Positions 12,636-26,331 of a DNA stretch of 64,000 nucleotides are shown here, one piece after another (the first letter of the stretch is position 1; the number at the start of each line of letters is the position of its first letter). The position numbers and the translations under genes were made by a program. The notes under the pieces were generated by a model that saw only the letters and a program-made list of their open reading frames with translations, did not search any database and was not told the DNA's origin. This DNA is from Vitrella brassicaformis CCMP3155 (taxonomy: Eukaryota; Protista; Chromerida), in NCBI GenBank assembly GCA_001179505.1, contig CDMY01000469.1:6467-70466 (forward strand), written 5' to 3'.

Positions 12636-14822
12636 TCAGTCTTCATAATGGTCAGGGGCAGCTTCCTTCAACGCTGCACACACACACACACACACACACA
12701 TCCATCCATCTCAGTACGTGTGTGTGTTGCCGCGTATGTACTTTGCACACTGATGCCCATTTCGGCCATCTGCAGCTTGACCAGCGGCGAAGTCGTCATA
12801 TCGTCAGACGACTTGCGCGTCTGCGTCACGGGCGTCAGGGGAGAGGTGGTCTCCCTCTCCAGCGGCGTGTGTAGGGGCACATCTGCACACACACACATCC
12901 GCTCATCCATGTGTGTGTGTGTGTCTGTGTGTGGTGGTGGGCCAGCTTACGTGAGACATTGACAGGTGAGTAGCAGACGGCCGGGAGGGGCAGCATGGGC
13001 ACCGTCAGGGACACCTTGGGGCTGGTCGGGACAACATACGCTACCTGAAAACACACACACAGGGACCAACGCACACATGATTCGCCCATCCGTCTATCGT
13101 CCCATGTGTGTGTCTATGGCTTACACTCATGGGGCTGGCTACTCTGACGGCCGGCACAGGTGTGCCGGTGAGGGGCTGCACGGCGCTCGCCGGCAGCATA
13201 GCGATGTCGGGGTGGGACGACGCACGAGACCTGAGGCATCACACACAACAAATGCATTATGTCCTCACGTGTGCGCGAGTGTGTGTGCCGTGTTTGCCGA
13301 ACCGTCTGCAGCATGTCGACTCTGGGGAGGGGGTGGCTGTCGACGAAAATGAACCTGCAACACCATACACAACCAGAAAGAGGCGATGATAGACACACAC
13401 ACATCCGTACACACGTGTGCACAGATGTGTGTACTTACCCTTTTTGACGAGCACGCCGCCCGTAACGGGGTTGACTGCGATAGGGGAGGCCGACGAGTCG
13501 GAGGAATGCAGCTGAGTCTGCGGTAGCTGACCACAACGGCCAAGGCAGGCCCACACGCGCATGGTGAATCAATCGCCTGTGTGTGCATATATCGGTGTGG
13601 TGTGTGTCACCGTACCATTCTGGACTCCAGTATGAGTTCCTTGAGGGGTCTCTTCTCCGCCAACGCGCGCTTCTCCAACTCAGTGCGGCGATACCTGTTG
13701 GCACACACACACAAATTCAGTCAATGCGTGTGCTCAGAGGGATGGATTGATGGGTGGATGGATGTGTGATTGCGTACGTACCTCCTGTCTCGCACTTCGT
13801 GGAGTCCGTGTGCGTGTCTGCAGCGATCGCCCAACGTGCAGATGCCCTGCTTCCAGAACTTGCACAAATCTGAATGAATGAATGACCACATACACACATA
13901 CAGACACACACATGGTGTCCAAGACGCCTCTGAGTTGTGTGTGTGGACGTGACGCACCTGTTTTGTAGTAGTCCTCCGTGCTGTGTAGGTCCTCCTCGCC
14001 GTGCGCAAACGGACAGGCGGAGGCAGGCAGCGGACACACACCCTGGGCAGCACAAGACGCGATGTCCATCCATGCATCCATCCATCCATCCATTTGTGTG
14101 TGTGAGTGTGTGTGTGTGTGTGTCCATCCATCCATCCATGTGTGTGTGTACGTACCTCTCTCCACCTCTCGCACAGCCGCGTCTTGCGCAGAGAGGGGGA
14201 CGGTCGCAACTCAGCTGACAACCATACCAACACACACACGACGGAAGCACGTTGATCCACCCACTCCACCCAGCATCTGTGAGTGGGTGCGTACCTTTCG
14301 AGTGCGCGTAGTTGCACTCGTTGCCGCGTCTGCATCGACCGCGGGGGAAGTACGGACACATCTTGGTCTGACCACACACACAACCAGACAGAGAGAGAGA
14401 GAGAGAGATGGGATGGGTCTCATCGTGCCACACTGTGTGTGTGTGGATCGTGTCGCGGCACCCACCGTCGTCACTCACCTTATAGAACTGGTCTTTGGCC
14501 TCGCGCTTGGGCAGGACGGGGTAGGTGGGAGTCGGGAGGAGAGGCTGACAGAGAAAGGACACAGAGAGGGGACAGGACACACCGAGCGAGACCATCCATT
14601 CCCCGCACCCATGTGCTTGCTCTCTCCACCCACCCCTCCTCCATGTGTGTGTCGTCCTCCTCAGCGTACCTTCCTCACTCCCTCGTCAATCTCCCTCTCC
14701 GGCCCGCTGGCCGTCGCCGCCGTCGGAAGCGGCAGATGGTGCTGCTGCGGGTGGTGGAGCTGCGGATGCTGCGGGTGCGCATCCGCAGCAGCAGGTCCCT
14801 GAATCGACGGCTGGATGCACAT
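12636..14822 (-). CDS. Tandem CCCH zinc-finger (ZFP36/C3H-type) RNA-binding protein, multi-exon
   Basis: Three C-x8-C-x5-C-x3-H-type fingers: YKTKMCPYFPRGRCRRGNECNYAHS, KTRLCERWREGVCPLPASACPFAHG, CKFWKQGICTLGDRCRHAHG; C-terminus LKEAAPDHYED-TGA at 12636. Confidence 0.88.
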
Positions 14823-15125
14823 GATCCTCGCGCCAACAATCACTCAACAAGGCTACCAACACGCGCAGCGATGAGTCAGCACGGCGTGGCTATCCGTCTC
14901 AAGGGGATGAAAGCGGAGCCGATGGTAGGTCCCAGGACAGGTGTCTTGGCTTCTGTCGTGCGTTCGCACGCTCCTCTGCTCTCTTTGAGATTTCCCAAAG
15001 TATCAGGTCACAAGCGGGTTCCTGCGGAAACCCTGCGAGCTCCCCAAACCCTAGAATCTCCAACACACTTTGACGTTCTGAACACGTGAATGTGATGGGG
15101 ATGGAGATGCGGCGCATATATTGAG

Positions 15126-16531
15126 ATGGCCACAACAACACGCGACGAGCGATCCTCTTTTGTCACGCACAAGAGCGGGAAGCGTACAAGCATGCCCTCT
15201 ATCAACGAAATATAGTGAGCCCCCAAGAGAGGACGGGCCGGCCGTGTATTGTGTGTATTATTGTGTGTGATGTGTGTTGTCGTGTTTGCGTTCAGTGGTG
15301 GTCGTCAGCGGTTGAAGGTGCTGTCGAACGTGAGGGCCAACCCTAAATGGACGATCAAGTGAGGGAGGGATGGAGGGGCTCACTCACACACATTCGCAGA
15401 CACGCAAACACACGAAGAGAGGGAGGGAGAGAGAGAGAGAGAGAAGGGCCAGACAGGCAGACAGACACCTCTGTGTGTGCGGATGTGGGTCTGTCTGTGT
15501 GTGTGTGTCGTGTCAGGGGTCGTCCTCGTGATTTGAGTCCCGTTGTCAACGTTCCAGGGCCGGGCACATATGGGAGGCCTGCAAAAGAAGTCGAAAGCAA
15601 CCAGAGGACCGCCGCAACCACCGTGTATGTGAAGCGACCACACAGGGGATTTACTGCTGGCAGCACACACGTGACATGACCGCCCATCTGACTGTGTGTG
15701 TGTAGATTTGGCACAAGTCATCGAGATGAGCTGAAGCCGTACCAGGGGCCGGGGCCAGGTGAGAGAGACAGGGGCAAGATAGTGACACGTACGGATGGAT
15801 GGATACACGTGCCGCCTGTGTGTGTGTTCAGGTGCGTATCAGTATGCGGCTGAGGCGGGCAAGGGCATACGGTCGCCCCCACAATACACCATGACGCCCA
15901 GAAGGTACGTGTGTGCACCACGCAGGGAGCCACGCATCCATATACGGCAGTGTCGGTGGGGCGGGTGGTCTTGCAGACCTGACAAATCGCTGATGGGCAA
16001 CGATCTCCCCTCCCCTGACGCCTATATGCCGACGGGGGCACACTTGGAAAAGGCGCCTGTCTTCGGGTGAGTAAAGTGTGCTTGGATGCGGCACAGTCAC
16101 CGGCAGTCCCAGTGTGTCTTTTTGTTTTCAGTTTTGGGTCGTGTGAGCGCAAGACTCTCACTCTGGCTGAGGGGCCCGGCCCAGGCACATACAGGGTGAC
16201 GCTGCCGCCAGCCACGCCATCATATGGGTACTCATGGATTGATGCACACACTATCCACACACGCAGGATCTGTCTGCTGGTATATCAGGCTGGGGACGAC
16301 TCCCCGACCCTCTATGGGCAGCAAGGAAGCGAGAAACTCTCCAGGTAGATGTGTGTGTGTGTGTGTGTGTGTGTGCACGGATTGGGTGGATTCTTGCTTC
16401 TCTGTAGGTCCTGGCGCGTACAGCGTGCCATCTCCCGTGGGCGAGGGGCCGAAGTACTCCCTGGGAGCCAAGTACACATCCTTGTTCGGCGGCAATGGTC
16501 AGCCTGCCAGAAAAGTGTGCGTGTGCGTGGA

Positions 16532-16564
<33 letters not shown>

Positions 16565-17983
16565 CTGTGTGTGTGTGTGTGTCTGTGTGCAGGGAATGTT
16601 GGCCCCGGGGGCTACGAAGTCAAGAGCACTGTGGGCGACAACATCCAGTGGAGGTGTGACACACACAGCACACATCCATCCATCCATCAGTCCATCCATC
16701 CATGTGTCTGTCTTCATCTGTGTCAGCCTGCGCGGCCGTCCGAAGGATGACATCTTCATCAGGGGAGGCGGCAAACACACACCAGGGCCAGGCAACTACC
16801 GAGTGAGCGGCAGAGCACGAATGCCACATGTACACATGCATCAACCGGTGTGTTGTGCGTGTGTGGTCAGCTGGAGCGCTCTGACGGTTTTGTGTCTGGG
16901 TGCGCGCGAACTTCGCCGAGATGGGGGTTCGGCTCGTCTGCCAGGAAAGGTACGCACACCAGTCACTACACACGGCGCGACGTTCCTCTCTATCTCTCTG
17001 TGTCTGTGTCTGTGTGTGTGTGTGTGTGTGTGCAGGATTGACGGCGTCATCCGACCCCTCTCCCTGCGAGTATCAGATCAATGACGGATACAGCTCACTC
17101 ATCCGGAAACAGCCCATGTTCGGGTATGCACTCAAATGTGTGTTTGTGTATGTCTGTGCACACATGCATTTCTTCATCTGCGTCCATCTGGTGTGTGGGT
17201 GTGTATGTGTGCAGCTTTGGGTCGTCATCTCGGCCGCCAATCAACAGTCCTGGTACACAGCCACCTGTGCATCTTGCCAACTACAGACACACGCACACCC
17301 ACCGCCTATCCCTTGGATGCGCACGCAGGCATTGCCCCCGGCCCTGGCAACTACCAAGTGGCTTCGCTCGTCGGGAGAGCACCCATGTAAGGCCACCAAG
17401 ACACAGCCACATACACACATCGGTGCATCCGCACACACATGTACCCACTCATGCAGGTACTCGATGACCCCCCGCCGCGAAGCCATCCAAGAGCTAGTCA
17501 AACGGAGATACAACACACCTGGTCGGCATCCACACACGCAGCGACACACAGACTCAAGGAGCCTCACCTCTGTGTGTGTCGTGTCGCAGCTCCCGGCACG
17601 TATCGCGGCCCCGATCAGCTTCACGGTCCGCGCTGGGGGTTCGGCTCGTCAATGAGAAGCGACATGGCCAGGGGCAAGGAGGGCGGCGCGGGGCCAGGTG
17701 AGACAGACAAGACGAACTGAAATGGTCGATGGGAGATGGACTCATATTGTGTGTCTGCGTGCAGGTGCGTATGCCGTGGCGTCTCTGGTGGGCGAGGGGC
17801 CGAAGATCTCACTCAGTGGACGGCCGAAGGACCTCAAACCATTGTAAAGCGACTGACACGCATATGCACAGCGCGGATGCATGTGTGTGTGTGTGTGCAT
17901 CCATTGAGTCTCTCTCTGTGTGTGTGTGCAGCGAAGTTCCTGGCCCGGGTCACTACATGGCGGATGCAACCGAGTTCGATTGA
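15126..17983 (+). CDS. SHIPPO/ODF3-like sperm-tail PG-rich repeat (axonemal) protein, multi-exon
   Basis: Repeated VPGPGTY, GPGPGAY, PGPGNY, APGTY and VPGPGHY units with spacers such as GPKYSLG, GPKISLSGRPK; TGA at 17981-17983. Confidence 0.85.
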
Positions 17984-18486
17984 CGAGAGCGACTGACTAA
18001 CGTGTCTGGGTGTTCCATTCCATTCCTTTTCTTTGCTAGCTGGCTGGCGTTGTTGCTCTGCTCGTGTACATAACATAACATAACATATAACATAGACATA
18101 CATACATACGTACGTACATATATACATATAATACCTAATATGGATAGACCAGAACATACGCGTGTGTATGTATGGAGTATCTCTTGTGTTGTCTTCGTCT
18201 GGTCTGCCTCTGAGTGGTCTGCGAATGAAGTGCACGAAGGGAAGGAAAAGCGACAGACCGACGGACATATATACATACTTGGACGCTGTAATGGGCTGAT
18301 GCGCTGTGCCTTTCTAACGGTCACTCAACGGTTAAGTGCGAGATCAAAAAGCGACGATCAACAGTCTCGCTGGTTGGCTGACTGCTCGCTCATCCCGCCA
18401 TCTTATTGAGAAGAGTGAGGTGCGATGGCTCGTCGGCCGCCACCGTCGGATGCCCCGTATCAACGCTCGAGTGGGTGACCGTCGAA

Positions 18487-19710
18487 ATGATGCAGAATGT
18501 CATCGACGGTAAGGAGACAGGCCTAGGAGAGAGGGATGCACACCATGACAGACCGATGCCGTATCTGTATGTGTGTATGCAGACCTTCGCCGTTCGATGG
18601 ACAGAGAGCGGCAACAAAGCGACAAGCGAATCGCTGAGCTTGAGACCCAAAGGGATGAGTACAAGAGAGAGAGGGACGCCTACAAGCGTGAACGAGACGC
18701 CGCCCTGGACAGGCTCAGAGACCTTGAGGAAAAGGTGGCTGCCGATGACGAGGCCCACAGCCGTGTTGCCCGCTCGATTGTGCACGACGGCGGCCTCTAC
18801 CACGGCTCTGTCCGCACAAGTGGGCGGCACCGAGGTGCCCCACGGGACGGGGCTGCTGCGGTCGCTGGACGGCGACAAAAAGCGATATGAGGGCGAGTGG
18901 AAGGACGGCAAGTACCACGGCAAAGGCATCGAATACGCTTCATTCGAGACGCGCAACCAGCAAGGCCAACTGGAGACCAAGATGTGTCTCGTGTATGAGG
19001 GCGACTTTGCGGACGGCAAGCGAGAGGGACAAAAGGGCACCGAATACCAAGCCATAAACGGGCAAATGGGGAAGGTCTATGAGGGAGAATGGAGAGACAA
19101 CAAATGGCATGGACAGGGGAGGGAGCTTCCGCACTACGATTCGAGCTCAGGACAGCGACAGCATATTCTCGAGTACACTGGAAGCTGGGTGAACGGCAAG
19201 CGGCACGGCGAGGGCGAGGAGCTCACTGACAGCAAGGTGACCTACAGGGGCGGCTGGGCAAATGGAGAGAAGAAAGGCAACGGGACGGCGGGCGGCATGG
19301 AGCTCAGAGACGACAACGGACAGCATTTGGGCAACTATCACGGCCCCACCCTCGACGGGCAGCCAAACGGAGACGCGGAACTGCGATATGGCAACCAAGT
19401 CGTCTACAAGGGCAACTGGGCGAGCGGCAAGCGGCACGGCCAGGGGAAGGCATACTACGACTACTGTCCTGTGTTGTGGTTCGATGGCGAATGGCGGGAG
19501 GGCCTGGCCAACAACGGCATGCTCTTCCCTGACGGCGACTGTTGGGGACAGAAGAAGGCTGACGGCAGCCCTGTGTATCCCATCAAACCCATTCGATGGC
19601 AGGCGGGACAGCAGATACCCAACACCGATGTGCCTGGCTGCGGATGGAAGCTGCATCAGTGGCTGCAGAGTCGGGGTGTGTCGGGATATTTCCCTGCTGG
19701 TGCACTGTGA
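18487..19710 (+). pseudogene. MORN copy 3, +1 frameshift near 18819
   Basis: Intron 18509-18582 joins MMQNVID to DLRRSMDRE; an extra A in cgcacaagtgggcggc separates YHGSVRT from VGGTEVPHG (copy 1: YYGSICKVGGTEMPHG). Confidence 0.8.
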
Positions 19711-19816
19711 TAGCGAGTGTGTCTCTCGTGGCTGTGTGTTTTGTGTGTCTATCTGTCTGTCTCTCGTGGCTGGCTGGCTGTGTGTGTGCGTCTCTCGTGG
19801 CTGGCTGGCTGTGTAT

Positions 19817-20171
19817 TGTGTGTTGTGTGTGTGTCATATGTCTACGGATGTGTGTTTGCATCCGTTGGGGGGAGGGAGAGAGGCAGTGCAGTGTCTGTTT
19901 TATTCGATGGTTTGTGGCCTTACAAGACCCGACGGCTGCGTGCGGTTGTCTGTGTGCTGATGTGTGTCTGAGTCTCTCTTTGCTGTCTGTGCGTGTAAGC
20001 GGATAGAAGTAAGTTGATCGGTCAGACAGGTTTTCGCACCATAGCCATGAGGACTCTCGTGTGGGATGTTTTTGCTGCACTCTTGTTGCGATTCCGATTG
20101 ATTTATTTGAGACCGAAAGTGCATTGCCATCGTATTGATGCAGTGTCCATATTTGGGCGTCCTCACCTTTG
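19817..20171 (+). repeat. 3'-flank repeat shared with 34598-34940
   Basis: ~350 bp near-identical block (gtcatatgtctacggatg...ttattcgatggtttgtggccttac...ggcgtcctcacctttg) downstream of MORN copies 3 and 6. Confidence 0.85.
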
Positions 20172-20972
20172 ACACAGACCCCAAGGCGGACAGACGCGCA
20201 TCTGTCGAGCACACATGCGCAAGGGGCGAAGACCAAGACCACACACGCATCGAGACACAGCAGCTCTTTGCTGTCGTTCGTACGGCTGTAGGGTGTGTTG
20301 GCTGTTGTCCTTCGTCCTCCCTGTGCGGCTGACTGGCAGCTGGTGCGAGTGCTCGCTCACACACAGCGGCCATTCAGCGGCAGACAGATCGGACGCAGGA
20401 CCACAGACACACACACCAATAGAAAATCACCATTAGAAGGGAACAGAGTACATTGATGGCAATAAAGCCATCAGCACCAGAGAGCACAGCCACACCATCG
20501 CTCATCTCGCACCCCCGCCCCCCTCTCCCAGACACACAGCAGCAAGCGACAAATAGACGGCCACCATCAGGTGGTAGCGAAAAAATGAACACACAAATCG
20601 TGAAGCGTCCGACATCAGCGGGAATAGCAATTACGCGGTTCAAGCAGCTGCAGAATTGGCACAAAGTGGCCCTCGGCGGCAGCATGCAGAGAGACAGTAA
20701 GACGCCATGCTGAGCCACGACAGCCCTCCGTGGTTTGTACGGCTCACACAGTGGACGGAGGACAACAGACCAAGCACTCACACACACATCCCAGCAGGCG
20801 GAAAAATCATCGCAGCAACACGCCGACAATCTCCCTCGTCATATCCGCTGCTCACTGCAGCAGATCCGCACAGCAGTCGACACAGTGGATGCACTCTCTC
20901 ATCCATTGATCTCGATCAATAATCCCATCCATGAAGCCCCACCGACCCGCATTCCGTTCCGCGCCACGGGGG

Positions 20973-23900
20973 CTAAGCTACAGGCTGGCTGTCCATCGCC
21001 TCACTGTCCTCACACACCGGCACGCCACCGGGAAACGAACCTCTCTCACACGGACTCTCGCCTCTCTCAAACACAATCATGTTGTTCCCACTCACACTCT
21101 TCGCCATCGCACTGCCCGGGAACCCCAGCCCCTGCGCACATGCCATGAGCATGCCCCTATCACAGGACACCCCTTCGCCCATTCCCAGGCCGACCTTCTC
21201 AACTGTGGGAAATCGCGTCAAGACCCACCAGGCATTGAAAGCAAAGGACGAGAGACACGCGGACAGCGACGGCAGTGCGGGCGGCGGTGGCTGGTTGCCC
21301 GCCCCTCCCTCATGACGCACATTGAGATTCACCATCGCTTTCCTCACCCTGGCTTTCAGCACTGCCTCAAGCTCATCTGACTCCTCTTCTACCGTCTGCC
21401 AGTGAAAAACTGGCACTGAAAAACCATTCTGCGACGGTCGAGCGCTCAGAAAGACATCCACGAACACGTCGAGAGGCCCCCCCTTGCCAGCACAGTGCTT
21501 CAGCCCCGCCCCCACCAACGGTACAAGTACGTTTTGCGAAGTGAACGTGACTGGCACAACGTGAATGACACGTGAGAGGTGAGGCAGCCGGCCCATGACC
21601 TTGTCTACCCCTCCCTCATACAGCGACACGCCCGCTGGCCCACTGCTGTGGTCCAGCCAGAGTGTCTTGACAGCACCGAACATCGACGGCACGCTCTCGG
21701 TGATCCACTCCGGCAGAGGATGGCGGGCGTCTCGCTCCGTCATGCCCTCCGGAAACCTCACGATTAGGTCAGCCGCTTGCTTGAAGGAGAGGCCATAGAG
21801 CTCGCTCGCGCCCGTCGCATGACTGTCGAGGAGGTAGGGGAGGAGAGCGACTCGTGCCGCGCTCGCCGCCAGGAACTGCAGGGTCGGTCGAGTGCCGGCC
21901 AGCTCCTGTGACCTGCCGATCAGCGGCAATTGGATGTTGAGGGGGGCGCGGCACTCGCGGGTTGCTCGCCTGACGAGGCGAAGGCGTCCATTGTCCATCT
22001 CTCCAATGTGGTACAGCTCCTTGGCGCCCTTTGCCAGCCACGAGCTTCGGAATTCGTGCCACATCTACGGACAAGAATGCACGGCCACGTCGAAATACAT
22101 ACCATTGCTGCGTCGCCATATGGAGGTGTCCCACCTGTATGCCACCGGCTTGGGAGAGTATCGGTAGTGTCACAACCTCCAGGCACTCGAGGCCGCTGAG
22201 GGAGGAGACTACTCTATCGAAGCTGATGGCACCGGTGAGCGATTTGATGGTCCCGTGAGAGGGGGTGCCCTGAAGAGATTGGACGACTGCCCCGAGGGGC
22301 TTGTACACGGGAAGATGTCCACCAGCTGACACCTGCGAGGAAGTGGTAACAAAACGACACACGCTATCCACCCCCTCATGGCCGCATTACCCCACCTGGT
22401 CGAGGAGATGGAGCGACCGCAGGCCGCCAGTCACCCCCTTGAGCATCGTCAGCCCCCCGTGTGCAGGCCACTCGACGCTCAAGTGGGTCAGGGCGGGCAT
22501 CTCATACACCTGCCCAAAACAATGGTGCGGCTGCATCAGCTCCACCCACTCACGCATCAGGACGGCCTTGACGAGCCGCGGGAAGCTCACAGTATTGCCG
22601 CCGGTGATCACTCTGCGATGTGTTCTGCGGTCGGCGGCCGTGTCGACGGTGATCTCAGTGACGGCGGGAGCGGCGGCCTCGAGCAGGGCGACACTGTTGA
22701 CGCGCGGGCCGGCCTCGATTAAGACCCGGACGTTACTGGCGCGGGAAAGCACCTCTGAAGGATCCATGATGACACACAGACAAGTGACCGGTAGTGAGTC
22801 GGCTACTGCTCTGTGTTGCGCTGTATTTACCCTTCCACTTTTTGTGTATGGGCGGGGGGCCGCGCCAGGGATGCGTTGTGACGTCGATCAGCTGGTGTTT
22901 GGGGTTTGCGATCAGCAGAATGGGATGCATCTTGGGGTTGCCGACGATGGACGCGATCGCCGTGCTGACACCCGAGAGGGACTTGACACACTCGACAAAG
23001 CCCAGATAACCACCTGCAGACCAAACCAGACATTGACTGAGCCGATCTGGACATGTGTGGTCGATATCAGCGTACCGATGCCGGTCCGATCGGTGTCGCT
23101 CAGCCACAGCACCTCGGGAATGCCCTCCAAACAGGGCTCATGCTGTACACACAAGCCAGCCTCGTAAGCAGAATCTATCGCTTGCGTGTGCCGCCCTGTG
23201 TCCGACTCACCGGTGTCTCCAGCAGTCCTTGTATCACGCGGAGTTTCTTTGCTGAGGGGGCGGTGAGTGCTTTGACGGCTGGGGTGATGGCCTGGATGGT
23301 GTGCTTGGCTTGGTTGTCGACTAGGCTCTCCTACACACGCAGATTCTGCTCAACCGCCTGACAAACAGACAGACAGACAGACAGAGATGAGTGTGTGTGT
23401 GTGTTCATCGATGTGCTGCTTGTCACACATACCTGTGGTTTGTTTGGTGTGTTGAGAAGGTTGACTGCCTGTTGCCTCTGTTTGTCCACCAGCTGCAGCT
23501 GACTCCTGAGCACTCGGCTGAGGTCATCCAGCCCTCGCAAGTGCTTGGCGAACTGAACAAGAAGGCACACACATACACATATCAGGAACAGGGCCAGCCA
23601 TCCCTGTCTGTCACCTGTGTGTGTGTCTCGCTCACCAGCCTCTGCTGCACTTGTGGCGATTGCGGCCCTTGTAGTGAGGGGAGGCCCCCTCTTTGCTGCA
23701 GGCACACTGCGGCAGTCGGCGGATGGCTCCAGGCGACCAGTGGATGTAGCCCGGTGGCGCCCTGGGGGCTGGGTGGGGGTGGGGGGAATGGGTAGGCCAG
23801 CTGAGGGGGCGGCTGTTGGTCAGGGTGACCACTGCTTGATGAGCCGACATGCCTGACGCACACAACAAACACATCAAGAAAGAGTGAGTGCCCTTCAGAG

Positions 23901-24592
23901 ACGCTCACAAAAGGTGAATGGATGGACGGCTTACGGCGCTGTGTTGTGTTGTGCCATGCAGTAAGGCGTGATCAGCTTGTCAATCACACGCTGCCAGCAA
24001 TCTGCAGTGCAGCGATGAATGACAAACACGATCACATGACACACCGCTGCCAGTGCTCTTGATGCTCACCTGTCGATGTGTGGTAGTGCTGTGTGATGAA
24101 GTCATCCTCCGCCCTCCCATGTGTGCCGCAGACACGACACAGTGTTCGCCTTTCGCCACTGCAGACACACATACAACACCATAACGTACACCATCTGTGA
24201 GAGAAATGAGGGATCTCTGCCGACCTGTTGTCGAAATGGAATCTCCGGTCACCGACAAACAGGCTGCCCGGCTCTCTCACCACCTCCTCGGTCACGTCGG
24301 TGTGCGGAAAGGCCCAGACGACCTCAAATACGGCATCCACGAGCAGGCACTCACTGCCAGTGCATTGGACGATAGGCGGCGTGAGAGGCCGCTTGTTCGA
24401 CCGATACGATGGCGCATTTGCCTCGGGGCTGCCGTAGAGATGGGCACTCGGGGATGCAGCGTCGCCGATGTGCAGGGGGAGGGCGGGAGGGGGCGAGGTG
24501 GCGGTGTTGTGCAGTTCTCCATCGTTGTCGGGGAGATCTCCATCGGCACCATCGACACGTCGCTTCTTTCTCCTGTTTGGCTCCTCCGCCAT
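20973..24592 (-). pseudogene. Large lineage-specific gene of unknown function, apparently disrupted
   Basis: Chain of protein-like ORFs (24032-24592, 23331-23705, 22733-23107, 22387-22767, 21769-22371, 20973-22064); in-frame TAA at 22387-22389 and frame changes without clear intron sequence. Confidence 0.55.
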
Positions 24593-24873
24593 CGCCGAAA
24601 GCCGTCTTGCCCACCTTCGACGATGGATCTCTGCTTTGCAAGCTTAGCTCGCAGATGGAGGAGAGAAGGAAAGGAGGCAAGGAGGACGTAGAACCCGTCC
24701 AAGAGGTATGCCGGGAGGTGTGCATGTTGAAATCGATAGATGCGTCGTATGTGTTGATTGGGTCAGTCATTCTTGCCTGTCTGCCTGTCTGCCCTGTCAG
24801 ACCCCGCTGTGCCCTATTGATTCCAAGCACTGATCTCTGCTGACTGAGCCAACCGTTCCTCATCAACGCCGCC

Positions 24874-25826
24874 ATGTCTGACGCCGCGTCAAGCCACACC
24901 ATCTCCTCTGAGATGCTGCAAAAATCATGGACGGTGCGCTCACATCGACAGAGGGGCGCGGGTGTCTGTCCATCTGCGATGTCATCATGTGCACTCAGAA
25001 TTGCGTCGTGCGACGGACCGAGAGCGGCAGCAGTATAAAATGCGAATCGAGGAGCTCACTGCTCAGAGAGATGAGTGGAAGCAGCGCTGCCAGCAGGTAC
25101 ACAAACATAGGCAAGAGACGAACACACAACTGTTTAAGTCCCGTGCGTGTGTAGGCCGAGGCGAAGCTGAAGGCCTTCGAGCAGGAGCCGACATTGGCGA
25201 GTCTCCATTGGGAGGGGGGCGTGTACCACGGCAATGTCCGCAATAAGATGCCCCACGGCGAGGGCATTCTGCGCACACTCGACGGCCAGAACTCATTCTA
25301 CGAGGGCCAATGGGCGGACGGCAAACGACACGGCAAAGGCAAGCAATACGCCCCATGCCAGGTGTCCAACCAGCAACGCCAAATGGAGACCAAAATCTGT
25401 CTCGTGTATGAGGGCGATTGGCAAGACGGCCAGCGACATGGCAAAGGCACTGAATACGCCCCGTGCCAGGTGTACGACCAGCAAGGCCAACTGGAGACCA
25501 AGATGTTTCTCGTGTACGAGGGCGAGTGGAAAGACGGCAAGCGAGAGGGACAGGGGAAGGCCTACTAATGGAGTGCTGCGGCTGTGTTGTGTTTTGAGGG
25601 CGACTGGTGGGAGGGCCTGGCCCACAGCGGCACCCTCTTCCCTGACGGCGACTGGGTCGGACAGAAGAAGGCTGACGGCAGCCCACGGTGGCCCATCAAG
25701 CCCATCCAATGGCAGGCCGGACAGAAGATACCCAACACCAACCTGCGTGCCGGATGGGGCAAATTGCATCAGTACCTGCAGTCTCGGGGTCTGACTGCGT
25801 ATTTCCCTAATTGTGCACTGAGATAG
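24874..25826 (+). pseudogene. MORN copy 4, in-frame TAA at 25566-25568 and probable 1-nt deletion near 24920
   Basis: GQGKAY*WSAAAVLCFEGDW versus GQGKAFYEWHGPVLWFDGEW in copy 6; same frame on both sides of the stop. Confidence 0.8.
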
Positions 25827-26331
25827 CGAGTGTGACACTCTGTCTGGTAATATCTCTGTTTGCATCGAGGGAGAGAGAGGGAGCAGCTGTCGTCTGTGTT
25901 GAGTGTCTTGTGTTTCCATGACGCGTTGCTCAGTCGGTGTGAAGATAAGCGGTTGTGACTGAAGACCTTATCAGTTGGTGTGATTGTTCGCTTCACTCGA
26001 GTCATTGACAGTACTAGTAGTCACGCCATCCTCTCACCAGACAGCATGTGTTCCACCCACCCATGGCACAGAGAGACGCACAATCAAACTCATGCACCAC
26101 TGTGTGTATTACGCACTGAGGCCATCTAGAGGCCATCTATCAGGCTTTTGTGCACAAAGGCAGGCAGCAGCTGAGACGGTCCGATCCACATCAGCCTCTC
26201 AGCTGGCTGCACCAACTGCTCGACAAGAGAGAGAGAAAAAACCACTGCAATGATCTTCTGCGTCGCTCCATGTATGTGTCGGATTATGCAAAAGCTCATG
26301 TGTGCTCGGCCACTCACTGCCAACCATCTGT

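Noticed and set aside
22387-25568. In-frame TAA codons as evidence of a reassigned genetic code
   Set aside because: TAA ends the ART gene at 62883, and the same loci carry frameshifts; pseudogenisation is simpler.
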